From contig OX597837.1 in NCBI GenBank assembly GCA_951406725.2, positions 34,782,001 to 34,846,000 on the forward strand: DNA of 64,000 nt, in the 5' to 3' direction. The position numbers and the translations under genes were made by a program. The notes beneath the pieces were generated by a model. The model was not told the DNA's origin. It saw only the letters and a program-made list of their open reading frames with translations, and searched no databases. This DNA is from Octopus vulgaris (Eukaryota). Shown here in pieces: positions 39,581-52,392 of this stretch (within the stretch, counting starts at the first letter, position 1; every line of letters starts with the position of its first letter).

Positions 39581-40099
39581 CTGGTGTGAATGGTTTTGTT
39601 ATACGGCACTGTGTTTTACAATCTTGTAATTGATAATAATGCTATTTATATAAGCTTAAAGCTTATGGCAATCACTGTGCAATGACTAAGAAAAATAGTC
39701 TAATAAAGGGGCATATAAGCCCTCAACAGAAAAAAGAAGGCTTTCCTATCCGCATGGGACTCGAACCCACATCCCTTTGTTAACACGACTAATATATAAA
39801 ATCATCATTTTAGAACTGCTTTCCATATATTGGATGGGTCCAAATCAGTTGTCATCCCGACTAACTATCCTCTCAGACAGGTCAGGCAATGTGGCTTACT
39901 CCCATGCTTAAATTTTGGCACAGTTCCCAAAGCAGGATTCCTTTCCTAACACCAACTGCTTTACAGAGTGTGGGACCAATACTAGAGCTGTTGTCATGTT
40001 CTCAACAGGACTAAAAGGCCCTTTGAGCCCTGTGATGCTTTTGTTTGTCCAAGGGAATGTGAAGCAGAAGTGAGGTGAATAGAAAAGAGAGCAATGACA

Positions 40100-40320
40100 G
40101 TGAGCTTTCTCCTTCTTATGCCATAATTTTCAGAACTTGGTCCAGCAATTTGATGCTTCCGTAAGAGTCCCTCTCTAATGCACCCCCTTTGCCCTTCTGT
40201 TCTACCAATGTCGGGTATGACACCTTCCTGTACTATTTGATTGGCTATGTTGACGACTTGCCTGTTCTCTACTCCACCATATATTTGAAACACATCATCA
40301 ACATCTATTAATGATGGACA
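40100..40320 (-). mobile_element. Degenerate RTE-type reverse transcriptase fragment
   Basis: With frameshifts reads NQIVQEGVIPD/KGKGGALERDSYGSIKLLDQVLKIM, resembling RT domain 0/1 (KGKGD...YRGIKLL). Confidence 0.6.
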
Positions 40321-40328
40321 AGATACCT

Positions 40329-40561
40329 ATTTCTTTACTACCCACAAGGGGCTAAACACAGAGAGGACAAACAAGGACAGACAAACGGATTAAATCAATT
40401 ACATCGACCCCAGTGTGTAACTGGTACTTAACTTATCGACCCCGAAAGGATGAAAGGCAAAGTTGACCTCGGTGGAATTTGAACTCAGAACGTAGCGGCT
40501 GACGAAATACGGCTACGCATTTCGCCCGGCGTGCTAACGTTTCTGCCAGCTCACCACCTTT
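40329..40561 (-). mobile_element. SINE family D
   Basis: 9-bp TSD aagatacct at 40320 and 40562. Confidence 0.9.
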
Positions 40562-40995
40562 AAGATACCTTCTTTGTCTTCTTAACCTTAACTGTTGTCA
40601 AAGGCCTTCTCCAGGTTCATAAATGACATGTACAGCAGTGTACTTCAAGCTAAATACCTAGCCTGCAACTGTTTCACTTGGAAAAGGTCATTGGCCTACC
40701 TCTTTCTAGGATAAACTGGAGCTGCATCTAATTTAGGCTAAATGAATTCAGTAATGACCCCCCCAACCTCACCCCACATACATACAGATACACGTATGCC
40801 TATATGCTTCTATATGAATATGTATGCAGATATATACAAATATACGCATATGCACAAACATCTATATGTATGTACATATGTAGGTATATACATGTGTGTT
40901 CGTGTCTATGTATGTGAATGTACACATGTATTTCAGTACATTATATTTCCGTACGTACACAATGTCCATGCGTGTGTGTGTGTGTACATTCATAC

Positions 40996-41039
<44 letters not shown>

Positions 41040-42812
41040 TGTGTGTATACATACATGTATTGACATTGTGTATGTATGTAAATGTAATGTACAAATGTAC
41101 ATGTGTATATTTGCCTTATATCATTATGTATGAATGAATCTATGTATGTATGTATGTATGTATATACACACACAGTGAGGGAGAAAGAAAGAGATCTATG
41201 TATGTGTATTATATGTACGCATAATACACACACACGCACACACATATATATATACATATGTGTGTGTGTGTATATATATGTGTGCATGTATACATGAGTC
41301 CGGAAGAGTGCATTTATATAGGTGTGAATGTGCACATATAATGCCAGTGTGTGTAGATGAACACATGTACTGGCACGTGCATGTATGTATGCGTAACAGT
41401 GCACTAATTTCCCCAGAGAAGACACACACTGAAATTGCCAACCCAACACAATCCAACCCAGCCCATCCCATTGATACACAAACTTATAGCTTTGAAACTT
41501 GTCAATGAGACAAATTGAGTTTTACCAGATATCACTATCAATAGGTAAGAAAAACTACCACTGCCACCACCACCACCACCACCACCAATACCACCACCAA
41601 TACCACCACCACCACTATCACTATTCCAATATCTGTATCCTCACTACTACAACTTCCATGATAATCATCATCATCATCATAAATATGATCAACATTACAG
41701 TGCTGTGTACAACTACCAACACCACCGCCACTACCACCACCATTATGTTACCACTAGCAACATCACATCTAGCTATACCACCACCACAACTACTACTACT
41801 ACTACTACTGCCACAACCACCACCACCAATGATACTGTTATTATCATTACACTACTGCTATTAACATCCCAATATCAGTGTCGCCACTACCACTACCACC
41901 AATGTCCAATACACTGCCCCACCACCAATATCTAATATACCACTACACCACCACCAGCATCATCCCTACGTCACCGTTAGTAACATCACCTCCAACCATA
42001 CCACCATCACCACTATCTATAATATCATCATCATCATCATCATTACAACACAACTATTACCGTCCCTATATCAGCTCCACTACCATCACCACCACTATTC
42101 CAACCACCCTACCACTCACTCACACACACACATGCATGTGCGTGCACACATACCATACCATACCATACCATTCGTTCATTACACCTACTGCCTTTGCTAT
42201 TCCACCACTATCATTACATTCATCAATGTTGCCGCTAACATTTTACACAACTTCTATCACTGCTTTGCTATTTCTTAGCAAATAAAAGACGATGGAAGAA
42301 AAAGAAAAGAAAGAAACAGACAAAAGAAAGAAAAGAAAAGGAAGAAAGAAGACAAAAAAAAGAAGCAGAAGAGAAAGAAAAATATAGAGGAAAACAAGGT
42401 GAAAAAAATGAAGTGGAAAAATGTAAAAGAAGGAAGGAAAAAGAAGGGAGGTTGGGAAGGGGATATTGGAGAAAAAAAAACATGGCATGGTAGAAATAAA
42501 AAAAAGTGACATTATCCAGAAGGTTTATAACAAGAAGGAAGATGGCATATTGAAACAGATTTAATCTAAGGTTGGTAAAAATCTAAAGAAACATCTAAAG
42601 ACTTGTTAAAACTGCACCAGGATCACAAAATGTTGGGGGTTTTTTTTTTGTTTTTTTTTTTGTTTAGCCCTAAGTCAAATGTGATCGAGCAGGACTTTGA
42701 TCAAAGAAACAACATTACAACCATGACAGGGCTGTTTAGAACTTTATTTTTATGTCTGGTTTTTTTTTGGGTTTTTTTTTTTTTCGAAGCTGTCATGGGT
42801 TTGACAAAATAC

Positions 42813-43550
42813 TTTAAACCGGCCATATCCGGCCAAAAGTATTCTTCCTGTTTTATGTTCAAACTGGCCAGATCGGTCTCTCACACCAACCCTACAATAT
42901 TATTTTAAAAATTAACAGCTACCTCATCAAAATCTCATTGCTACAAGATAATGCATTTAAACTGGCCATATCCGGCCAAAAGTATTCTGCCTGTTTTATG
43001 TTCAAACTGGCCAGATCTGGTCTCTCACACCAACCCTACAATATCGTTTTAAAAATTAACAGCTACCTCATCAAAATCTCATTGCTACAAGATAATGCAT
43101 TTAAACTGGCCATATCCGGCCAAAAGTATTCTGCCTGTTTTATGTTCAAACTGGCCAGATCTGGTCTCTCACACCAACCCTACAATATCGTTTTAAAAAT
43201 TAACAGCTACCTCATCAAAATCTCATTGCTACAAGATAATGCATTTAAACTGGCCATATCCGGCCAAAAGTATTCTGCCTGTTTTATGTTCAAACTGGCC
43301 AGATCTGGTCTCTCACACCAACCCTACAATATCGTTTTAAAAATTAACAGCTACCTCATCAAAATCTCATTGCTACAAGATAATGCATTTAAACTGGCCA
43401 CTGGTCTCTCACACCAACCCTACAATATCGTTTTAAAAATTAACAGCTACCTCATCAAAATCTCATAGCTACAAGATAATGCATGATTAGTTCAAAACAA
43501 TGTGGATGAAGAAGCATTAATTTTAGCAGAATAATGCGAACACTAAAGGG
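42813..43550 (+). repeat. Tandem array of a 144-bp internal segment of piggyBac-like MITE F, ending in the right TIR
   Basis: Units start at 42813, 42956, 43100, 43244 and 43388; the fifth has an internal deletion; ends cactaaaggg|TTAA. Confidence 0.92.
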
Positions 43551-43799
43551 TTAATGAGGTATTGTTTTAAAGGCAGATGCCCTTCTTATTGTTAAACCTA
43601 ACATGTTTTCCAAATAAGGGATCTCTTATTTCATATGCCTTCGAAAGCACAAAGTCACTGGATGATTTATTGACAGGAGGAATGGCAACAACATCACCAC
43701 TTGTAGTTTACAATTTTGGGAGAAGAACAAATACAAATAGACACACTGAAATGCACATACACACACAAATTAGGCTTAATTAGTTATTAATGTGGACTC

Positions 43800-44215
43800 A
43801 TCATTATCATCATTTTCTATGATGGGTTGGACAGTGTGACAGGAGCTGGCCAACCAGAGAACAGCACCAAGCTCCAGCTATCTGTTTTGATATGATTTCT
43901 GTAGTTGGATGCCATTCCAAACTTTACAGAGTATATTGGATGCTTTTCATGTGACACCGGCACCAGTATTTCATATGTGGCACCGGCACAGGTGCTTTTA
44001 TACATGGCACTGGAACAGGTGCTTTTCACGTGGCACCAGGACAAGTGCTTTTTATGTGACACCGGTACAGAAGCGATTTACATGACACCAAAATGGGTGT
44101 TTTTCACATGGCACCAATACAAGTATTTTTTACATGGCACTAGCACAGGTACTTTTGCATGGCATAAGCACTGCTGCCATGTGTAAAGCACCCATGTCAG
44201 TGCCGGGTGGACTAT
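43800..44215 (-). mobile_element. Old family E copy with expanded internal repeats
   Basis: Reiterated gtgcttttxacxtggcac motifs. Confidence 0.6.
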
Positions 44216-44239
44216 AAAAAGCAAAAAAAAAAAAAAATA

Positions 44240-44633
44240 GACGTAGGAGTAGCTGTGTGGTAAGTAGCTTGCTAACCAACCACATGGTTCTGGGTTCAGT
44301 CCCACTGCGTGGCATCTTGGGCAAGTATCTTCTGCTATAGCCCCGGGCCGACCAATGCCTTGTGAGTGGATTTGGTAGACGGAAACTGAAAGAAGCCTGT
44401 CATATATATGTATATATATATATATGTATGTGTGTGTTTGTCCCCCTAGCATTGCTTGACAACCGATGCTGGTGTGTTTACGTCCCCGTCACTTAGCGGT
44501 TCGGCAAAAGAGACCGATAGAATAAGTACTGGGCTTACAAAGAATAAGTCCCGGGGTCGATTTGCTTGACTAAAGGCGATGCTCCAGCATGGCCGCAGTC
44601 AAATGACTGAAACAAGTAAAAGAGTAAAAGAGT
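44240..44633 (+). mobile_element. SINE family A, full length
   Basis: Complete match. Confidence 0.9.
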
Positions 44634-44979
44634 GTGCACACCCTTCATTTCTCATTGAACCTGCTACAGTAATTGTTGAGAAGCAAACAAAAAAATAAAA
44701 TACAAAACAAAAAAAATGTGGGGGAGTGGCAACTAGTCATAGCATGACTATCTCTAATCATAGATCTGCACTATCAGAGCCAACAGATGGTTAAATAATG
44801 ACAACTTGGGCGTTATCAGTTTTGTGGTAGAATCACTTCATTATATCAGGTGTTGCCTCTTATTCTTACCTATCAACATTTAAGTTCTCTGGCATTTGGT
44901 AAAATTTGGAATAGTTTCAGATAATATATTGTTTACAGATCCAATTCTCAGTAAACCGAGTTTATGATTCCTCAGTTAT

Positions 44980-45364
44980 GGATGGAAGCACTCCGTCGGT
45001 TACGACGACGAGGGTTCCGGTTGATCCGATCAACGGAACAGCCTGCTCGTGAAATTAATGTGCAAGTGGCTGAGCACTCCACAGACACGTGCACCCTTAA
45101 CGTAGTTCTTGGGGATATTCAGCGTGACACAGAGAGTGACAAGGCCGGCCCCTTGAAATACAGGTACAACAGAAACAGGAAGTAAGAGTGAGAGAAAGTT
45201 GTGGTGAAAGAGTACAGCAGGGATCACCACCATCCCCTGCCGGAGCCTCGTGGAGCTTTAGGTGTTTTCGCTCAATAAACACTCACAATGCCCGGTCTGG
45301 GAATCGAAACCGCGATCCTACGACTGCGAGTCCGCTGCCCTAACCATTGGGCCATTGCGCCTCC
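44980..45364 (-). mobile_element. SINE family C, full length, young
   Basis: 12-bp TSD ttcctcagttat at 44968 and 45365. Confidence 0.93.
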
Positions 45365-45774
45365 TTCCTCAGTTATAACCACTGTTTGTATCATGAATAA
45401 AAATTACTTTGAGAACAATAATAGACCTTCACCGGTTTAGCGTGTCCTTTAGTGGCTGACGATCATACATCTCTGATCACAATCAGGAATAGTGCGGTAG
45501 CATCATAGCCATGTGCCGAGAAGAATTCTTTGGGATTTGAATAATTCACCTCCAGAAACACTGCCACATGAAGGTCACTGCCAGCTCTCACTGCGCATGC
45601 AGACATGTGCTGCCATCTGTTGGTATGCTACAGAATTAGTCCAGGAAATTTTTGATGCCACCTAGAATTGCTACTTTCAGCCCCGACTTTTGCCCTTTTC
45701 TGATGAGTTGTAATGAACCGGAACACTGTATACATTAAGCTCATAATCATTATTTTAAATACTAAATAAATATT

Positions 45775-46093
45775 TGAAATTTAGACAAAACGTCAGCTAT
45801 TTTGAGGGGAGGGGTTTACTAGTACATATTGGTACTTACTGGTTCCAACAGGATGAAAAGGCAAAGATGATCATAGCAAGATAATAATAATAATGCTGCT
45901 CTCAATTATAGACACAAGGCCTGAAATTTTAGTGGAGGGGGATGATCGATTATATTAGCCCCAGTGCTTAACTGGTACTTGTTTCATTAACCCTTGAAAG
46001 GCAAAGTGTCAACTTGAACTCAGAATGTAAAGATACACGGAATGCCACTGAGCATTTCGTCTAGCATGCTAACAACTCTACCAGCTTGCTTCC

Positions 46094-46141
<48 letters not shown>

Positions 46142-46380
46142 TAATAATAATAATAATAGTACTAATGATAATAATGGTTTCTAATTTTTCCACAAACACA
46201 GCAATTCTGGGGAGGGGATGAGTCGATTATATTAACCCCAGTGTTTAACTGGTACTCATTTTATCGGCCATGAAAGGATGAAAGGTAAAGTCGACTTTAG
46301 CAGAATTTGAACTCAGAACATAGCGACAGGCGAAATACCACTCAGTATTTCATTCATTGTGCTAACGATTCTGCCACCTC

Positions 46381-46425
<45 letters not shown>

Positions 46426-46640
46426 CCTTTCTACTATAGGTACAGGGCCTGAAATTTGGGGGAAGCAGAGTAGTCAATTACATTGATCCCCAATGCTTAA
46501 CTGGTACTTATTTCATCGACCCCGAAAGGACAAAGGGCAAATTCAACCTCAATGGAATTTGAACTCAGAATGTGCAGATAGACAAAATGCTGGTAAGCAT
46601 TTCGTCCAGCATGACAGTGATTCTACCAGCTTACCACCTT
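45775..46640 (-). mobile_element. Head-to-tail chain of four D2 SINEs separated by (AAT)n
   Basis: Copies at about 45775-45880, 45897-46092, 46176-46380 and 46425-46640. Confidence 0.75.
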
Positions 46641-46909
46641 TGTTTGACTGCTACTTATTTTATCAACCCAGAAAGAGGTCAATGAAATAAGTACCAGTTA
46701 AATATTGGGGGTTGATGTGATCTACTAGCCTTGCCCTAAGTACCATTACCAACAGACTTGGTAGTTTCCATATTGAGATAGAGAAACTATGGAAACTGAA
46801 TTAATACAAAAATCTGTTCTATTAGGAAAAGCAGGGATTGTTTGAAACATCTCTGATGCCTAAGGAAACTAGTTGTGACCTGGTTTCAAGAACAATGAAT
46901 CCAAATATA

Positions 46910-47303
46910 TGATGGAATGGAAGCACTCCGTCGGTTACGACGATGAGGGTTCCGGTTGATCCGAATCAACGGAACAGCCTGCTCATGAAATTAACATGTC
47001 AGTGGCTGAGCACTCCACAGACACGTGCACCCTTAACGTAGTTCTCGGGGATATTCAGCGTGACACAGAGAGTGACAAGGCCGGCCCTTTGAAATACAGG
47101 TACAACAGAAACAGGAAGTAAGAGTGAGAGAAAGTTGTGATGAATGAGTACAGCAGGGATCACCACCATCCCCTGCCAGAGCCTCGTGGAGCTTTTAGGT
47201 GTTTTCGCTCAATAAACACTCACAATGCCCAGTCTGGGAATTGAAACCGCGATCCTATGACCGCGAGACCGCTGCCCTATCCACTGGGCCATTGCGCCTC
47301 CAC
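46910..47303 (-). mobile_element. SINE family C, full length
   Basis: 13-bp TSD gaatccaaatata at 46897 and 47304. Confidence 0.93.
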
Positions 47304-48223
47304 GAATCCAAATATAACACATTTGTGCATACGATTAAATGATAATAATAATAATAATAATAATAATTTCTAACATAGGTAGGCCAGGAACAATCAAATA
47401 AATGGACCCCAGTATAAGACTGGTACCATATTTCATCTTTTCTGTAACATGTATCATTTCAATTGCTATGTCACTGCTTTCCACAGATAGGCTTGATGGT
47501 GAAGAATGGTGGTAGCAGTAAACCAACAATAACCACCACCTCAACTACCATCACCAGCATTGAGAAAACCACCTGTAATGTTATAATGAGGTTTCCCACA
47601 TCAGTTATAAGAAATCTATAAAGTTACTACTTTTCTTGCATGGTGGAAAGAAAGAAAAGGTATTTATTATAATAGATGAGAGAATGGTAACACGGGACAT
47701 GAAAAGGTGGTGATGGCATCGGCGGTGGTAGTCGTGACAGTGGTGGACATTATCACAGATGCAGTTGCTATCAGAAATAATTGATTTCTTGACCAATGTG
47801 GGACATTTTTGTTTTCCATGTTAAGGTTTTTGCTGCAGATGTTTTTAAAGTAAACACTCATAACAGTTTTTTCTCTCTCTTCTTTTGTTATTTGTTGAAG
47901 ACCCCAAAACACAGTTTATAGAAGTGAGGTCTCATGCTTCATGAACAGCCAGGTGGATGGATGGATGGATGGACAGGTAGGTGGAGAGGTAAATAGGTAT
48001 ACAGAAGTAGGCAGAGATGTACATGGACACAGTTACACGAACACACAAAAAAATAGATAAATGGATAAGTTAGAGGAATAAGGTAGATAGATTGATAGGT
48101 AGGCGGGTAGGTAAATAGATAGATAGACGTATAGCTAGACAAACAGACATAAACATAGATAAATGGACAGAAGGAAACGATATATGTGTGCGAGTATGTG
48201 TGATTAGTGAGAAAGGTAGGTTG

Positions 48224-48258
<35 letters not shown>

Positions 48259-48304
48259 TGTGTGTGTGTGTGTATATATATATCAATAGATAACTATTCA
48301 TATG

Positions 48305-48395
48305 ATCGTGTGACCGACCAAGCTAGCAGATGTTGTTACATATCACTGATCACGATGCGTTTTGCATTGCTTTAGCTTTCAAATGACACCACCCT
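48305..48395 (-). mobile_element. Short retroposon 3' end with an RTE-like tail
   Basis: Reverse complement of 50820-50915. Confidence 0.6.
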
Positions 48396-49002
48396 AGGCC
48401 ATGCGCTTTCACAGAAAACTATATAGTCAACTAAATCAATGAATGTCTATACACGTATAAGCCCTCCATACACTAAAACACAATGCGTATGTGTCTGTGT
48501 GTATGGATGTATAGTAATGTGTTTGTGTGTGTAAAAACTGAAAGTCGGTACAAGCGTAACCAAAGAATTCACAAGTCCACTGCGCAATTGTAAGGTCCCA
48601 GGTGTGATCTCATTTCATTTTACCTTCGTGTATTGGTTTCTCCCCATAGCTTAACGAGATAATTTCTCTGCATACAACTCACAAACTTTGTGAGTGTAAT
48701 TTGATAAAAATAAAATGTGTGGAAGTTGGTTGGATGGAAAGCACCTGAGATTTGGCAGATCAAGTTTGGCAAATACTAACACAACTGATTCCAGCTGACA
48801 ATTATCGAAGATACATACTAACAATTTTCTTACCAACCCAACCCAACCCAACCAAGATGAGATTCTCATACTACAATACAAAAACCTGTCCATTTTAAAG
48901 TGTTTGTATTTAAATAAGATAATTCTGCATTTTCACCTAAAACTTTTTTTATTCCACATTTCTGAACTCCAGCATCACAACACGATTATATATTTTACTA
49001 AG

Positions 49003-49261
49003 GCCCCCATGCCGGTGGCACGTAAAAAGCACCATCCGATCGTGGCCGTTGCCAGCCACGCCTGGCCCCCGTGCCAGTGGCATGTAAAAAGCACCCACTA
49101 CAGTCACGGAGTGGTTGACGTTAGGAAGGGCATCCAGCCATAGAAACACTGCCAGATCAGACTGGGCCTGGCACAGCCTTCTGGCTTCCCAGACCCTAGT
49201 TGAACCGTCCAACCCATGCTAGCATGGAAAACGGACGTTAAACAATGATGATGATGATGAT
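49003..49261 (+). mobile_element. Family E, 5'-truncated
   Basis: gtggcacgtaaaaagcacc repeats, ...gacgttaaac(aatg)(atg)n tail. Confidence 0.8.
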
Positions 49262-49374
49262 TTCAAATTGCTGATCAGTTTCAAAAGTAACTGAAACATA
49301 TGGACAAAGCATTTCTGTAGAGATATGATCACCACAGTATGTTGCTCAGAATGTAAAGGGCAGGATATTCAATG

Positions 49375-49945
49375 CCCTAGGCCAGCACTACAATGTGCAA
49401 TCCTTTTTCCAGCTCAACAATATGCTTACCCTTCTCCCAGCCCTACAGTGTACTCCCATCTTCCAGCCCTACAATATGCTTGCCTTTCTTCCAACTTTAC
49501 AATGCACCCCTTTCTCCCAGCCCCACAATGTGGTCCCCTTTATCTCAACCCTGCAAGATGTGCTCCTTTTCTCCCAGTTCTACAATGCACCCCTTTCTCT
49601 TAGCCCAACAATGCACCCCTTTCTCCTGAGCCTGTAAGATGTGCTCTTTTTCTCCTAGTCCTACAATGCACCCCTTTCTCCCAGTCCCATAATGTGATCC
49701 CCCTTGTCCCAACCTTGCAAGATGTGTTCCTTTTCTCCTAGTCCTACAATACACCCCTTTCTCCCAGCCCAACAATGTGCCCTCCCCCTATCCCAACCCT
49801 GCAAGAGATACTCCTTTTGTCCCAGCCCTACAATGCATCCCTTTCTCCCAGCCCCACAACATGGTCCTCCTTATCCCAACCCTGCAATGTGTGCTCCTTT
49901 CCTCCCAGCATTAAGTACCCCCTTTTCTTCCCAGCCTTACAATGC
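49375..49945. repeat. Degenerate C-rich minisatellite, units of about 27-30 bp with higher-order structure
   Basis: cccctttctcccagccctacaatg variants alternate with tcccaaccctgcaagatgtg variants. Confidence 0.8.
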
Positions 49946-50113
49946 GCATCCACTTTATCTTCCGCTTCCTTCTGCACAACTCCTTTTATACTCATGACAA
50001 ATAGGAGTAGTTCTTATGTGAATGAAATAACCACCAAAACTCTTTCAAATCACAATTTACCATCTTAATCAAAGAATGGACACTTTAAATAATGTAGTTC
50101 AACATATCCTTAA

Positions 50114-50352
50114 CCCTTTAGTGTTCAAACCGGCCATAACAGGCCCCAAATTTTCTACTTGTTTTATTTTGAAACTGGTCAGTCTGGCTGGCCTCTCACA
50201 CCTACCCAACAATGTCGTTGGTAAAATTTCCTTGTTGAAATATACACTCACAAGGTTGAAATCAGAAAGCTATAAAGATAATGCATGATTAAATTAAAAC
50301 AATGTGAATAAGCAAACGTTACATTTGACAGAATTATCTGAATGCTAAAGGG
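50114..50352 (+). mobile_element. piggyBac-like MITE (family F), complete
   Basis: TTAA|ccctttag ... ctaaaggg|TTAA. Confidence 0.85.
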
Positions 50353-50569
50353 TTAAAATATCAGAACAGCCACAAAGTGGACTGGCTTTGATCATAGATT
50401 TCTTCACTCAAGGCTGGACTGGAGTTAAGCAACACCATGCACCAACCAACCAGCCAGCCAGCCAGCCCTTGTTACCACTTGCTTAATAAAACCATACTAA
50501 CTCCCACCACCGCCACCACCACTACCATTACCATGCACTATTATCTTTTACATGTTCCATTCATTAGAC

Positions 50570-50760
50570 AGTGGCCATGCTGGGGCACTGCTTCGAAGGA
50601 TTTTAGTCAAACAAATTGATCCCCAGTACTTATATTTTTTCCAAAGCTTGGTACTTATTCCATTGATAGCTTCTGCTGGACCACTAAGTTATGGGGATGT
50701 AAATACACCAACAATGATTGTCAAGAGGTGATGGGGAACAAACACAGACACAAAGACACA
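50570..50760 (-). mobile_element. Old SINE family A, 3' half
   Basis: Diverged match. Confidence 0.65.
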
Positions 50761-50799
50761 CACACACTTATATATATATATATATACATATATATATTG

Positions 50800-50912
50800 A
50801 CCTGCTGGCTTAGCCAGCGGGGTGGCATCATTTGAAGGCTAAAACAATGCAAAGTGCATTGTGACCAGTGATGTATAACAACATCTGATAGCCTGGTCGG
50901 TCACGGTGATCA

Positions 50913-50916
<4 letters not shown>
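50800..50916 (+). mobile_element. Short retroposon 3' end with an RTE-like tail inside a (TA)n tract
   Basis: tgtgaccagtgatgt...ctgatagcctggtcggtcacggtgatcagtgat(at)n resembles the RTE tail at 21307-21370. Confidence 0.65.
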
Positions 50917-50959
<43 letters not shown>

Positions 50960-51339
50960 CTTCTTACAACACAGCCATACCAGCACCTAGTTAACAAAAA
51001 CATTTTGACCACCCTTTTTAACTTTCCACACCATAGTGAACTAACGCAGATGCCGGTACAGGGTTGTTTGAACGCTAAAAGTAACAACAAAGTCTCCCTC
51101 AATTAACATCCTACTGTGTTAAAAGGACACACTGGCTAATGTAGTCAGCCATGCACCATTTCTAAAAACAAACACACAAACACACAAATACACACACACA
51201 CGCACATACAAAGAATGTATAGTTAATTCTTGAATGCCTTTGATGGTAATTCTGCTTGGTCAGGCCTCACTTCAGATTAAACGAACATCAACAACAGTTA
51301 CTGCCAACAGCCTACTTAGGCACGCACACACATACACAC

Positions 51340-51341
<2 letters not shown>

Positions 51342-51416
<75 letters not shown>

Positions 51417-51434
51417 CCATCACCATCATCATTG

Positions 51435-51500
<66 letters not shown>
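51342..51500. repeat. (CAT)n microsatellite
   Basis: Directly visible; source of the poly-H/S/M ORFs. Confidence 0.95.
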
Positions 51501-52392
51501 CCACACTACCCACTGCAACAGCCATCGTCCCATCACCAACGATCTATGCCAATTGCATATCAACACACACCAAACACACACCTGCACTCACAGCTTCCGA
51601 ACCCCGTCCCCACCCCCACCCTGCTGCAGCCACCCACACTGTTCCTCACCCCACAAAAAAAAAAAAAAAAAAATCCCCCTTCTCCCCGTCACTGGCGACT
51701 CACCAATGCATCAATGCACCACGCCACTGCCAGCGCAGTCGCCAACAACCCTTCCGTATCAACCACTCTCATCATTATTATTCATCAATACACCACCACC
51801 ACCACCACCACCACCACCACAACAGCCACTACCACCACCACCACCACCACCACCACCAACACCATTACCACCTTCAGTTTTAGTATTTCCAATTCTACTA
51901 ATGGAAAAAAAAAGTCAGCATTGCATGGTTTGTTGGTGTGAATGAATGCTTTCAATATATTTTTTTTACTCTCTCACTCAGTGTCTCACACACACACACA
52001 CATACACACACACACATACACACACACACATACACACACACACACACACATACACACACACACACACATGTGCAGTGCATGCACACATGTACACATGCGC
52101 AGCAATATTATCAAATAGGCATGTATGTAAATTAATTAGTTTATACGGACACTCAAACATGCACAAACATATTTTGTATCAGAAAAATGAACAGAAACAC
52201 AGAGAAACGCAGACTCAAGCAAACAGCAAGCATACATGCATATATAACACAAAGCACAAACAGTTTCATAACAAGCTCTACTTGAACTCCCCAAACACCA
52301 TTTACATTACAAACATACATAAACAGATATAAATTCCTCAGTGCGTGTGTGTGAGTGTGTGTGTGTGTGTTAATGCTCGTTTTTAAGTGAAA

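Noticed and set aside
39740-39790. tRNA-like T-arm (GGGTTCGAGTCCC on the minus strand)
   Set aside because: Only the B-box arm is visible, with no D-arm or acceptor stem; a decayed fragment at best.
42938-43468. 176-aa repeat protein
   Set aside because: It results from a 144-bp MITE-derived tandem unit; no ATG context or splice support.
48650-48695. 40-nt micro-exon (ccccatag ... gtgagt)
   Set aside because: The donor is one arm of a palindrome (actcacaaa-c-tttgtgagt), the length is not a multiple of 3 and there is no partner exon; it cannot be supported without RNA data.
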